Shown in pieces: positions 1 to 8,761 of a stretch of 64,000 nucleotides of DNA. The DNA lies in the NCBI GenBank assembly GCA_023667015.1, contig JAMPAX010000002.1, forward strand, positions 54,259 to 118,258. The letters run 5' to 3'. A program made the translations under genes and the position numbers. The notes below the pieces were generated by a model. That model saw only the letters and a program-made list of their open reading frames with translations. It was not told the origin of the DNA and made no database searches. Position 1 is the stretch's first letter; every line of letters begins with the position of its first letter. The DNA is from Muribaculaceae bacterium (GTDB lineage: Bacteria; Bacteroidota; Bacteroidia; Bacteroidales; Muribaculaceae).

Positions 1-83
1 ACTTGCAACCCCTTGTATGCGGAATCATTTTCTGGATGGTTCATAACTTGACAGTAAGCGTAATTTTTGCAAAAGTAACAAAA

Positions 84-128
84 TCTCCTCATTATTCAAA
101 GAGCAGAGCTCTTTGAATAATGAGGAGA
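84..128 (-). terminator. Perfect 21-bp stem / 3-nt loop hairpin, second of two hairpins downstream of the DUF1573 gene pair
   Basis: tctcctcattattcaaagagc-aga-gctctttgaataatgaggaga read directly as a perfect inverted repeat. Confidence 0.5.
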
Positions 129-160
129 TTGGGAATTGGGAATTGGGAATTGGGAATTGG
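128..160. repeat. Heptamer microsatellite (GGGAATT) x4-5; fits the G3N4 G-quadruplex consensus on the + strand
   Basis: attgggaattgggaattgggaattgggaattgg tandem copies seen in sequence. Confidence 0.9.
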
Positions 161-181
161 ATGCCGACAATTTATAAACCA

Positions 182-212
182 ACAAAAGATTTGGCTTTGC
201 CAAATCTTTTGT
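182..212 (-). terminator. Hairpin immediately 3' of the stop of CDS 217..942 (14-bp stem, ttt loop)
   Basis: acaaaagatttggc-ttt-gccaaatcttttgt perfect inverted repeat 5 bp after the stop codon. Confidence 0.55.
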
Positions 213-216
213 TCTA

Positions 217-942
217 CTATTCGACAACGGCCTTGACTTGGAAATAGCCGAGTTCCTCCCCTTCTTTGGTCCTTATTGGCACTCTCAGATTTAACGAGCC
301 ATTCCTTTGGGACTCCGGGAGATCGCGGGTATTCAGATAGAAACTGAAGGTGGCGATATCCCCCGGACCTATCGTCTTAGGATACACGTCTACATCGAGA
401 GCCACAGATGGGGATGCAGGAACTACCGACAATGAATCTGTGCTCTGATTATATGCGTTGACGAAAAGATGGCGTGTAGTGCCGAGTTTAATATTGCTCA
501 GAAAGACAATGCTGTCATTTAGGCGCAATGCGCCTAAATCTATCGGATATGTCTCAGAAAGAGACTCCGGGGTTCCGATGACGGTGCCGCGAATTTTGAT
601 ATCCACCCGGCGGTTGTCATCTCCGGTATAGACCTTTACCGTCTTCAGAAACGGGCCGGGACGTCGTTTGGGATTATATGTAAAGGAAACCCAAGCTGTG
701 TCGCCGGGGGCTACTGTGCCTTGCTGAAAGTCAGCACCGGTGCAGCCACATGAAGGGCGTACCTGGCGGATATAGGTAGCATCGGGGCCAAGATTCACCA
801 TCTTTACCACACCCGTAGCCGAACCTGCTGCTTCCTTGATGACACCGAAGTCATAGTCAGTATTAAGCAGCTTGACGTTATATTCAGCATAAGAGGGAGC
901 AACAACTATCAGTAAAATAAGAGATGACAGTAGACGTATCAT
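217..942 (-). CDS. DUF1573 domain lipoprotein/secreted protein
   Basis: Signal peptide MIRLLSSLILLIVVAPSYA; CGCTGADF motif typical of DUF1573; 4-bp overlap with the upstream paralog. Confidence 0.6.
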   Translation of the reverse strand: MIRLLSSLILLIVVAPSYAEYNVKLLNTDYDFGVIKEAAGSATGVVKMVNLGPDATYIRQVRPSCGCTGADFQQGTVAPGDTAWVSFTYNPKRRPGPFLKTVKVYTGDDNRRVDIKIRGTVIGTPESLSETYPIDLGALRLNDSIVFLSNIKLGTTRHLFVNAYNQSTDSLSVVPASPSVALDVDVYPKTIGPGDIATFSFYLNTRDLPESQRNGSLNLRVPIRTKEGEELGYFQVKAVVE

Positions 943-1340
943 TTCGGGACTACGGAGCCTTTGATTTTTAGTCTAACCTTCTTTGGGGACCCGTTAGTAC
1001 GGACAGTCACAACCTTGTCGAAACTTCCGGGGCGTCCGGCAGGATTATAGGTAACCTTAATTTTACCCTTCTTTCCGGGAGCTATTGGATTCTTAGGATA
1101 CTCAGGGCGTGTGCAACCGCACTCAGCAGTAGCGTCAATGATAACGAGATTGCCATTGCCGGTGTTGATGAATTCGAAAGTGTAGGACACCGGACCATTA
1201 GCTTCCTTAATAGTACCGAAATTGTAAGACTGCTCGGAGAACTTGATGATAGCATTACCATCATGCTTCTCCTTCCCGGCATACACACCAAAGACGGCGA
1301 AAACAGCAATCAGAGAAAATATCAAAAATTTAAGTTTCAT
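939..1340 (-). CDS. DUF1573 domain protein (paralog); likely start at MKLKFLIF (ORF extends to 1370)
   Basis: Signal peptide; AECGCTRPEY motif; tandem with the previous gene. Confidence 0.55.
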   Translation of the reverse strand: MKLKFLIFSLIAVFAVFGVYAGKEKHDGNAIIKFSEQSYNFGTIKEANGPVSYTFEFINTGNGNLVIIDATAECGCTRPEYPKNPIAPGKKGKIKVTYNPAGRPGSFDKVVTVRTNGSPKKVRLKIKGSVVPK

Positions 1341-1527
1341 AATCTGAGCAAAAAAATTATTAACATTCATTAGACAAACGGAAATTCGGAAGGTTTAGTT
1401 TATACAACTTTCGCAAGTTTTCCGGGTCTCATAGTTGCGGTGGGTATGCAATCCACCACCGGTAGAGGCAATTTATGACAAAATGACAAAATATTATAAA
1501 ATATTTTGGAGATTGCGGAAGATTTAC

Positions 1528-1535
1528 TAATTTTG
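1528..1535 (+). promoter_or_regulatory. Bacteroidetes -7 box TAATTTTG (extended TAATTTTGCA) upstream of tRNA-Pro
   Basis: Match to the TAnnTTTG consensus 22 bp upstream of the tRNA 5' end. Confidence 0.45.
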
Positions 1536-1556
1536 CAGTTGGAAATGAACAATCCT

Positions 1557-1629
1557 CGGGGCGTGGCGCAGTTGGTAGCGCACCTGCTTTGGGAGCAGGG
1601 GGTCGCAAGTTCGAGTCTTGTCACCCCGA
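1557..1629 (+). tRNA. tRNA-Pro (anticodon UGG)
   Basis: Cloverleaf parsed by eye: acceptor cggggcg/caccccg (one C-A mismatch at 6-67), D arm gcgc-agttggta-gcgc, anticodon loop tttggga (TGG, G37), T arm gcaag-ttcgagt-cttgt, discriminator A. Confidence 0.8.
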
Positions 1630-1698
1630 CTAAAAAGAAAGGAAAATTAGTTTTTTATATTTTTTGGTAAAAACATCGCAGTGATGCGACAATACCTT

Positions 1699-1738
1699 AA
1701 AGCAAAGCATGCACGAGAGTGCATGCTTTGCTTTTTTT
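1699..1738 (+). terminator. Rho-independent terminator after tRNA-Pro (16-bp stem, gaga loop, T7 tract)
   Basis: aaagcaaagcatgcac-gaga-gtgcatgctttgcttttttt. Confidence 0.75.
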
Positions 1739-1769
1739 ATGAGAGGGACTCTAAGTCAATTTTATTCAA

Positions 1770-1811
1770 TAAGTAGATGGTCGATTTAAATTTAAATTGA
1801 ACAGCTACTTA
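1770..1811. repeat. Palindromic element copy A (TAAGTAG..ATTTAAATTTAAAT..CTACTTA), 42 bp imperfect palindrome (18/21 arm identity)
   Basis: taagtagatggtcgatttaaa|tttaaattgaacagctactta; see finding on the dispersed palindrome family. Confidence 0.8.
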
Positions 1812-1868
1812 ATACAAATTTGTAACATATAATGTAACGGATATATCAATATCTGAGGTTGTTGGCTG

Positions 1869-1876
1869 TAATTTTG
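1869..1876 (+). promoter_or_regulatory. -7 box TAATTTTG 9 bp upstream of the amidase ATG (predicts a near-leaderless mRNA)
   Basis: gTAATTTTGcgcc then ATG at 1885. Confidence 0.35.
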
Positions 1877-1884
1877 CGCCTGTT

Positions 1885-2478
1885 ATGAAGATTCTTATTG
1901 ACAACGGCCACGGCACCGATACCCCGGGAAAGTGTTCTCCCGACCGCCGTCTTCTTGAGTATAAGTATGCGCGACAGATAGCCGCTGAAGTAGTAAAGCA
2001 ACTGAAAGGGATTGGTCTCGATGCCCAATTGCTCGTCTCAGAAGAGACTGACATTCCTTTATCTGTACGTGCTCAACGAGCTAATTCATTCTGCAATAAG
2101 CTGGGAACTGCAAATGTCCTTCTCATCTCGATTCATGTCAACGCTGCAGGGGGCGATGGCAAGTGGAAAAAAGCACGAGGTTGGGAAGCCTGGACATCCC
2201 CGGGACAGACCCGCGGTGATATCCTCGCTGAAGCTCTGTATCAGACGGCACGAGAATATCTACCCTCCGGCACACCAATACGCACCGACTTCACAGATGG
2301 CGACGCTGACAAGGAAGCTCGATTTACCATTCTTACGAAAACGAAATGTGCTGCCGTCTTGACAGAAAATCTATTTCAAGACAATCTTGAAGATGTAGAC
2401 TATCTGTTGAGTCCGTCAGGGAGGAAAACCATCGTCAACCTACATGTTGCGGGTATTCTCAAATTTCTAAAAGGATAA
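1885..2478 (+). CDS. N-acetylmuramoyl-L-alanine amidase (Amidase_3 family, endolysin-like)
   Basis: N-terminal MKILIDNGHGTDTPG motif characteristic of MurNAc-LAA amidase_3; no signal peptide. Confidence 0.75.
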   Translation: MKILIDNGHGTDTPGKCSPDRRLLEYKYARQIAAEVVKQLKGIGLDAQLLVSEETDIPLSVRAQRANSFCNKLGTANVLLISIHVNAAGGDGKWKKARGWEAWTSPGQTRGDILAEALYQTAREYLPSGTPIRTDFTDGDADKEARFTILTKTKCAAVLTENLFQDNLEDVDYLLSPSGRKTIVNLHVAGILKFLKG

Positions 2479-2481
2479 ATC

Positions 2482-2886
2482 ATGAGACGACTGAATATTC
2501 TTCCTCCTCTGCTTTTAGCAAGCGCTATAATACTCAGTGGGGGATGTACGAAGAAAATTTATGTGCCGGTAGAAGACACTCGCATTGTCCGCGACACTAT
2601 ACATAAGACTCTGTTGCGACAGGACTCAGTGGTACTTCGCGATTCCATCTTCGTGTATCAGAAGGGAGACACTATTGTGAAGACGGCTCTGAAAGAGCGC
2701 ACCCGCATAGTATGTCGCCACGATACCTTGCGACAGATAGTCCGCGACACCATAGTGCAAAAAAGCGTAACCCCCATAGCCGCAGATGCCAAACAGAAGA
2801 AAGGACTGAGGCTATGGAAGTTGCTGACTGCTACTATAATCATCGGAATCCTGTACTACCTAATAAAGAGGAGATATCGCAAATAG
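2482..2886 (+). CDS. Small lipoprotein with C-terminal transmembrane anchor (unimolecular-spanin-like architecture)
   Basis: Lipobox ILSGGC at the N-terminus; C-terminal TM LRLWKLLTATIIIGILYYLIKRRYRK; starts 4 bp after the amidase stop. Confidence 0.4.
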   Translation: MRRLNILPPLLLASAIILSGGCTKKIYVPVEDTRIVRDTIHKTLLRQDSVVLRDSIFVYQKGDTIVKTALKERTRIVCRHDTLRQIVRDTIVQKSVTPIAADAKQKKGLRLWKLLTATIIIGILYYLIKRRYRK

Positions 2887-2920
2887 TGCATAGTCGCGGG
2901 GGGGTGCATAGTTGCGCGTT

Positions 2921-5900
2921 TTATTTTACACGTTTTTTTACCTGCTTTTTGACAGCTTGACGCTTTTTTGGGGCTGTGAAGTTGACAGGCTGCTTGCCGT
3001 CTCGACCATTGATAGGCTCCCAGCCTACGTGGATCATCTTGATAGGACATGCATCGTTGAGATTATTGGCAGTGTAGGGACTATACGCCATTGAGAAATA
3101 GTTGAAGTCCCAACCGAACGATGATGATTTGCCGCTATTGTCAACGTGGCCATCGCTTACCGGAGCGCGAAGCCAATAAATAGCCCCGGCAACTGAAGGG
3201 AGGTCATATACAATCGGGCGATAAATATTACCGGGATTGCTCGCATTAGTCAGCGGATTCTGAACATCGGCATATCGAAGCATACCCTTCCAAGTAGTGT
3301 TGAAACCATCCTGAAGATTGAACTGTGTGCGTCGTCCCATACCGTTGGCACCAAGGGGGAAGATAATCTGGCGGCCGTCATAGTGGTTGTATACTATACA
3401 TGCACGCACACCACTTGCAGAACCCTTGCCACCGTTATTATCATTACCATGATCCTGGAATGATTGAGACCTGTCAATATTCAACTCCGTAGTCGTAGCA
3501 CCGTCTGAATAACAGATACCGCAAGCGAAGTCTGTAGGTGCTGTAGAGGAACGCAAAGCCTCGAATTGTGCGAGCGTCGGTATGGAGTAATAATGACGTT
3601 CGTTGGCATCGACATTATCATAATAGAAATTCACCCAGGGATGGTTCATATTATTCCATGCAGTAGAGCCCTTATCTGTGTTTGGGAACTTTGTATTCAT
3701 CACTCCTGAATTGGACTTAATATTTTCCCAAGTAAGACCTGCACCTCCCATACCCTGCGAGTATATTTTGAAGGGATGATTGTTGACGGGCTGTCCGGGA
3801 CCAAATATTCCCTCATGACCATACTCGCCATTGTTACCGATAAGAATAGCCTGTCGGTAATTTCGCATCTTAAACAGTGAACCTATCTGAAGGGGCGACA
3901 TGGTAATCTCAGCCGGATAATATTTGTTGTTTGAGGTATTGTTTGCCACATCGGCGCCCACCAAACACCATGAACTCCATTCGTCACCGCCATCAATTAC
4001 GGCAAGTGCCCGTCGGTAGCCCTGGCGCACAAAAATCAGATGTTCGCATTGATTACCATGATACAATACCCTGATAATCGCACATCGAGGAGTAGTAGAC
4101 GTATTCCGGCTGTCGAAATTGATCTTGAACTCAATTGGAGTCTTGGTCATACCCGAGACACTGTGTTTGTCCGTGTTAGGCAAGTTTCCTCCTGTGAGAC
4201 TCAAGAAGTCTCCTCCATACATAGCGGTGACAGTGGCCGACCACTCCCCTTCTGACTCAAACTGGGTATAATCTGTATCGTCAGGGTCGAGCTGTTGACA
4301 AAGCTTCACTTCAAAAGGCTCCGTATTGGTATCATCGTGCCATACAGCTTTTGGATTTACAATACGACGTACCTGATATATTGTCACATCACGCGTACGG
4401 GTCAGTTCCTTTCCACGGATATTGAACGTAGCCGTAAGCCGGACCACGGCCTTTCGCTGGAAAGAATCGTAAGGATTCGTGCCGGTGAAGCCGGAGTCAT
4501 TGATCATTGTCTTATTGCGGGTAAGCATCGGAATCCAAAAGATTCTGGAAGCTGCCCCACTCTCCACACAGGGCTCATAAGGATTTTCAGCGGCCGCATT
4601 TCTGACCTCATATCCGTTAAGATTGAGGTTACCCGTGCCGGGATAATTATTAGGCACGACTTCATACTCGCGATAGTTCTGGCTGTTGCCGAAATAATAG
4701 TCGCTCAAAGCATCCATACCTGCCTGCGAGAAGGATACGTTCTTAATTACATCAGTAGCAATCTCACCTGAGCTACCAACAATCGGAGCCTGAAGAGCAA
4801 GAAACCCGAGATATGAAGCATTATAACCATTAAATTTCTTGGCAGCCTCAACGTTCCACTTGAAAGACCCGTAAGGATTCATCGGCACAGAGTCGAGCAC
4901 ACCGTCATGAATCATCGTAGCTCTAACGGTGTCGCAAGGATACCAGCAGTTCTGAATAATTCGAGCAGTAAGCTTTGTACAGTTGCCGTTGATCTTCACC
5001 GGCATCACAGCCTTCTTATTGTAGAGATAAGATACCTGAAACTCATCAGCAGCGATGATATCCGGGTCTTCCTCTACGTAGTTGATGTGCCAGTCGGGCT
5101 GGTTGGCCCATCCTTTGAAACCGAGAGTGACTTTATAATGATGATTTCGCTGAGCGTTATAATTATACTTTTCATCCTGACCGAGCATGAAGCGATAGGT
5201 GATCATACCGTTGGTACAGTTCTCAAGGTTGGTAGAATTGTAGTAAGCTTGCACTTCAATATAAGTACCACATTCCACATCATCCTTATAGTCAGGCTGA
5301 CCGCTATGAGTAATATTGCCCATCACGGCCGGATCCTGGCGCTTGTCGTACTTCTTGCGCTCAGACTCCGGGGAGACATTAGAATAGTCACCCTGCATAT
5401 TCTCAAAGAAGAATAGAGAGGGGCTGTCATCATTGTGCCAGCGGTCAAGATTTGTAGAGCCACGACCCATGACGAGCCATCCCTTATAATCGGGAGAAGT
5501 AGAAGCCGCCGGTCCCTGCTTGGTATAGTAGATAGTTTGTCCTTTAGAAATGAGCTGTGAAAGGGTATCTGTCGGGGTATTGTCCTGACCGAGGTAGCAT
5601 TTCTTCGGGATATCTTTGATAGTTACACTCTTGATATATATCAGCACGTCAGGCTTGAGTCCTGAAGGGTCGAAACCTACAGTCACCTTACTTGCCTGTC
5701 GGCGCATCCATGAATGAAGTTCGGTTGTATTCCTATTGATGATAAGGGTTTGGGGACCGAAACCGAAAGGACGGTTAAAGTCGTCGCTATCTTCGATATT
5801 ACCCTCATCGAAATAGCCATAAAGAGCATCGTTGGCAGCGATATTCTCCGGATTCCAAGTTGTCTGAATTTTCTGCAGGGCGGCCACAGTAGAAGCATTG

Positions 5901-6337
5901 CTCTCATTGATATCGAGATTTCCGACGGCGAAAATCTGATACTTGCCATATGGGAAATTCTTAATACGAAGTTTAATCTGCTTTACCTTATCCTTCTGCT
6001 CGCCTCCAACATTATTAGTCATTTCCACAGAGACATCACCGGCACTCAGCTGCTCCACATCCTCATCGCCGGGACGATAGAACTTGAAGAGATTTCCCTC
6101 GCGGTCGTAGACAGCGATGGTGATATTTTTCACCTCGTTGATGGTATTGCCGGGGGTAAGGGCACGAGTACTGAGATCTACCGCCCTCATAGGAAGATAC
6201 TGTATGGTAAAGTCAATATCACGTGAGCCCTCCCCTATTTCAGAATCAACATAAAGGAGGTCATCTCGACATCCGGACAGGATTGTCGCAAAGAATAAAG
6301 TCAGTAAAAGCGAAAAGTATAAGGAAAGGCGTTTCAT
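2921..6337 (-). CDS. Large fimbrial-operon lipoprotein, putative pilus tip/adhesin (1138 aa)
   Basis: Lipoprotein signal MKRLSLYFSLLLTLFFATILSGC; last gene of the Mfa-like operon; no specific domain recognised. Confidence 0.4.
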   Translation of the reverse strand: MKRLSLYFSLLLTLFFATILSGCRDDLLYVDSEIGEGSRDIDFTIQYLPMRAVDLSTRALTPGNTINEVKNITIAVYDREGNLFKFYRPGDEDVEQLSAGDVSVEMTNNVGGEQKDKVKQIKLRIKNFPYGKYQIFAVGNLDINESNASTVAALQKIQTTWNPENIAANDALYGYFDEGNIEDSDDFNRPFGFGPQTLIINRNTTELHSWMRRQASKVTVGFDPSGLKPDVLIYIKSVTIKDIPKKCYLGQDNTPTDTLSQLISKGQTIYYTKQGPAASTSPDYKGWLVMGRGSTNLDRWHNDDSPSLFFFENMQGDYSNVSPESERKKYDKRQDPAVMGNITHSGQPDYKDDVECGTYIEVQAYYNSTNLENCTNGMITYRFMLGQDEKYNYNAQRNHHYKVTLGFKGWANQPDWHINYVEEDPDIIAADEFQVSYLYNKKAVMPVKINGNCTKLTARIIQNCWYPCDTVRATMIHDGVLDSVPMNPYGSFKWNVEAAKKFNGYNASYLGFLALQAPIVGSSGEIATDVIKNVSFSQAGMDALSDYYFGNSQNYREYEVVPNNYPGTGNLNLNGYEVRNAAAENPYEPCVESGAASRIFWIPMLTRNKTMINDSGFTGTNPYDSFQRKAVVRLTATFNIRGKELTRTRDVTIYQVRRIVNPKAVWHDDTNTEPFEVKLCQQLDPDDTDYTQFESEGEWSATVTAMYGGDFLSLTGGNLPNTDKHSVSGMTKTPIEFKINFDSRNTSTTPRCAIIRVLYHGNQCEHLIFVRQGYRRALAVIDGGDEWSSWCLVGADVANNTSNNKYYPAEITMSPLQIGSLFKMRNYRQAILIGNNGEYGHEGIFGPGQPVNNHPFKIYSQGMGGAGLTWENIKSNSGVMNTKFPNTDKGSTAWNNMNHPWVNFYYDNVDANERHYYSIPTLAQFEALRSSTAPTDFACGICYSDGATTTELNIDRSQSFQDHGNDNNGGKGSASGVRACIVYNHYDGRQIIFPLGANGMGRRTQFNLQDGFNTTWKGMLRYADVQNPLTNASNPGNIYRPIVYDLPSVAGAIYWLRAPVSDGHVDNSGKSSSFGWDFNYFSMAYSPYTANNLNDACPIKMIHVGWEPINGRDGKQPVNFTAPKKRQAVKKQVKKRVK

Positions 6338-6392
6338 TATATAAAAGATTCACTTATAACTTATATATTACCTGTATATTACCGGAGCTGAC

Positions 6393-7691
6393 TTAATGGA
6401 CAACTCCGGGCTGATTTATTTCAATATATGCTTTCTCTTCCTCGGTGAGGTCATTGTAATCATCAGGATGATAGATGACATTGCCATTGCCAAACTCAGG
6501 TTTAAGTACTGTGACATAGTACGGTACCAAAGCCGTTGACAACGTCAACTCTACAGGATTTACCCGGATGCGGACATCGACAATAGTATTGCGAGGAAGA
6601 TTGGGGAGATTCGGGAGCTTTACCGGACTGAAGGTTATTCTCGAATCATTGCCATCTGCAGAGTCAAAGCGAACTACCGCTGAGATGTAGAAAACCTTAT
6701 CCTCAGTCATCCTACATTCCGGGAAATATAGCAGAGGAGAATATGCCCTTTGGGAGGGTTTCAAGATTTTACCGGCAATACCAAAAGAAGAGGGGTTGAA
6801 GGTATAGCCATGAAGCATTGCTGTAGAAGGGATTGAGAATGAAGTAATAGCTCTTCCACCGTCAGGCTCTGTTGACCGGGCATATTTCTCCGGGGAGTAT
6901 ACAGCATCATGAGGGAAGAGGTATTCCTCGGTAGCATTATATAGGAATGTTATGCTTTCTATCTCGTATCCCGGTGTCTTTCCGTTGGTCTCATCTTTTG
7001 TAGTCGGTTCTACAGAAAAGCGAAATTTAGTGACAGCGCGAGTGATGAAGAAATCACGAATTATGGTAGTGACTCCATTATTCTGACTCTCCTTAGTGTC
7101 GATAAATAAGTCGAAGTACTCTGTCATCGGGATATACTTCTTGGACGATCCCGTATTATCGACTATAGGATTGCCACCTTCAGACTTCCATGTAATATCG
7201 AAGAAACCTTCGGGGAGCAGTTCTCCGGCATTAATAGCTGTCAGAGTCTGAACGATATTCTCCGGCAGTGAATTTTCATTGGCCACGAAGAATACTCGTT
7301 TATTCTCATCAGGAGTCACCGGAAAGCGGAGATAGCCGAGATTATCAACATTATTATTGTAGTTTACGAGACTGAAAAGCTGATTATGTTCCACCTTATT
7401 ACCCTCATCGGTACGCACGATAATCACACGCAGAGACTCCACAGCGGACTCATAAGGGTCTGTTGGCAATTGAAAGCTATAGTCTGCAGCGCGAGTAGCG
7501 GAAGGGCGCTGAGCCTCACCGATGCCGGATGAAGGGCTGTTGACCCTCACGCGGATGGCAAGCTCTACAGAGCCGTCGCCGGCGACAGGCACTTCGAGTC
7601 CATCCTCCCGACATCCGCTGAGGATGACCAGAAGGAGAATCATCGCCGTGGCGCTCCAATTTTTTAGCATGTGGGCAACTTTTGATATCAT
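6393..7691 (-). CDS. Fimbrillin-family accessory pilus subunit (lipoprotein)
   Basis: Lipobox VILSGC; ATGA overlap with the upstream Mfa2-like gene; alternative start at 7670 (MLKNW). Confidence 0.5.
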   Translation of the reverse strand: MISKVAHMLKNWSATAMILLLVILSGCREDGLEVPVAGDGSVELAIRVRVNSPSSGIGEAQRPSATRAADYSFQLPTDPYESAVESLRVIIVRTDEGNKVEHNQLFSLVNYNNNVDNLGYLRFPVTPDENKRVFFVANENSLPENIVQTLTAINAGELLPEGFFDITWKSEGGNPIVDNTGSSKKYIPMTEYFDLFIDTKESQNNGVTTIIRDFFITRAVTKFRFSVEPTTKDETNGKTPGYEIESITFLYNATEEYLFPHDAVYSPEKYARSTEPDGGRAITSFSIPSTAMLHGYTFNPSSFGIAGKILKPSQRAYSPLLYFPECRMTEDKVFYISAVVRFDSADGNDSRITFSPVKLPNLPNLPRNTIVDVRIRVNPVELTLSTALVPYYVTVLKPEFGNGNVIYHPDDYNDLTEEEKAYIEINQPGVVH

Positions 7692-8740
7692 ACAGATGCT
7701 CTATTAATTCTTACTGTCCAGTTCTGAACCTGAATCTGGACCTGAAACCAATTGAGACTTCTATCAAGGAAGAAAAAGAGAGTCCAGCGGCTTTCACGAT
7801 CAAGGAATTCCTGATCATCCATCTTTAAGCTCGCTGACTTCACCAACAGCAGATAATTGATCAGCGGGATGTTTACAATCTCCTTTCCGGAGCTACGCTG
7901 AGTAATCATGAGCGTTGGGGAATTCGACATAACAAGTCGGGGGAAGCTAAACTCCGCGAAGCATACCGTAGCCGGCTCCGGGGCTGTCTTGGTAGAAAGC
8001 AACTTCGGAAGAGAAGCCTCTTTAGACAATTCACCAACAGTAGCATTGCCGCGTGTCCAGGGCATATACTCGTAGGGAGATGTCGGGATAACATCATTGT
8101 TCCAAGCCATAAGCCTATTGTCGTCGACCACCTTAAAATCGAACATATCATCGGTAAGAACCTCGCCGTTAACTTGTTGGAGAATCACACGGAGATTATT
8201 GGTATCCTTCATCATTTCTACGGTAGCCTTGGTGTAGGATTGCCAGCGGTCCGGCACTTCCATGTCAAGACGTCCATAGAAAAGGGGATGGAGTTCAGTG
8301 CCTACAGGAGCGGTAAGGCAATTGGCATTAATCTCCACTTTGTTGTCAGAAAGGGGTACGTCAGCTCCGGGAGTATCAACAAAATGGAAAGAAGCTTCGC
8401 GACACTCCATGCCACCATAAGCTACAAACGTATAATTACCGGGTGCCAAATCGAGCGTCATACGATAGTTTTCGTCTTTAAGGAGAGACGAAGCCTCCGT
8501 ACGCGAGGTGACATACTTACCTTCGGCATCATATACAAGAAGCGTAAGACAATCTACCTGAGATGGGAAAGCATTGGCAAACTCCATATTGTAATCATAC
8601 ACGAAGCGCAGTTCCACACCCTGATGACACTCCGGGAGGTCATCATTGATCATGGAGCAAGACCCAAGAGAAGCAGCCGCAAGAACAATGGTAGCTGCAG
8701 TCAAACTTTTTCTGACTATGTTGTTGAATCGAACTTTCAT
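7688..8740 (-). CDS. FimB/Mfa2-family pilus anchor subunit
   Basis: Lipoprotein signal ..AASLGSC, about 350 aa, position directly downstream of the major subunit as in Mfa operons. Confidence 0.55.
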   Translation of the reverse strand: MKVRFNNIVRKSLTAATIVLAAASLGSCSMINDDLPECHQGVELRFVYDYNMEFANAFPSQVDCLTLLVYDAEGKYVTSRTEASSLLKDENYRMTLDLAPGNYTFVAYGGMECREASFHFVDTPGADVPLSDNKVEINANCLTAPVGTELHPLFYGRLDMEVPDRWQSYTKATVEMMKDTNNLRVILQQVNGEVLTDDMFDFKVVDDNRLMAWNNDVIPTSPYEYMPWTRGNATVGELSKEASLPKLLSTKTAPEPATVCFAEFSFPRLVMSNSPTLMITQRSSGKEIVNIPLINYLLLVKSASLKMDDQEFLDRESRWTLFFFLDRSLNWFQVQIQVQNWTVRINRASV

Positions 8741-8761
8741 ATTTGGGGACTGTTAAAGTCG

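Noticed and set aside
1400-1624. 74-aa minus-strand ORF
   Set aside because: Overlaps tRNA-Pro and its promoter; no coding signal
4295-6226. Three + strand ORFs (158-170 aa) within the 1138-aa pilus tip gene
   Set aside because: Antisense shadow ORFs
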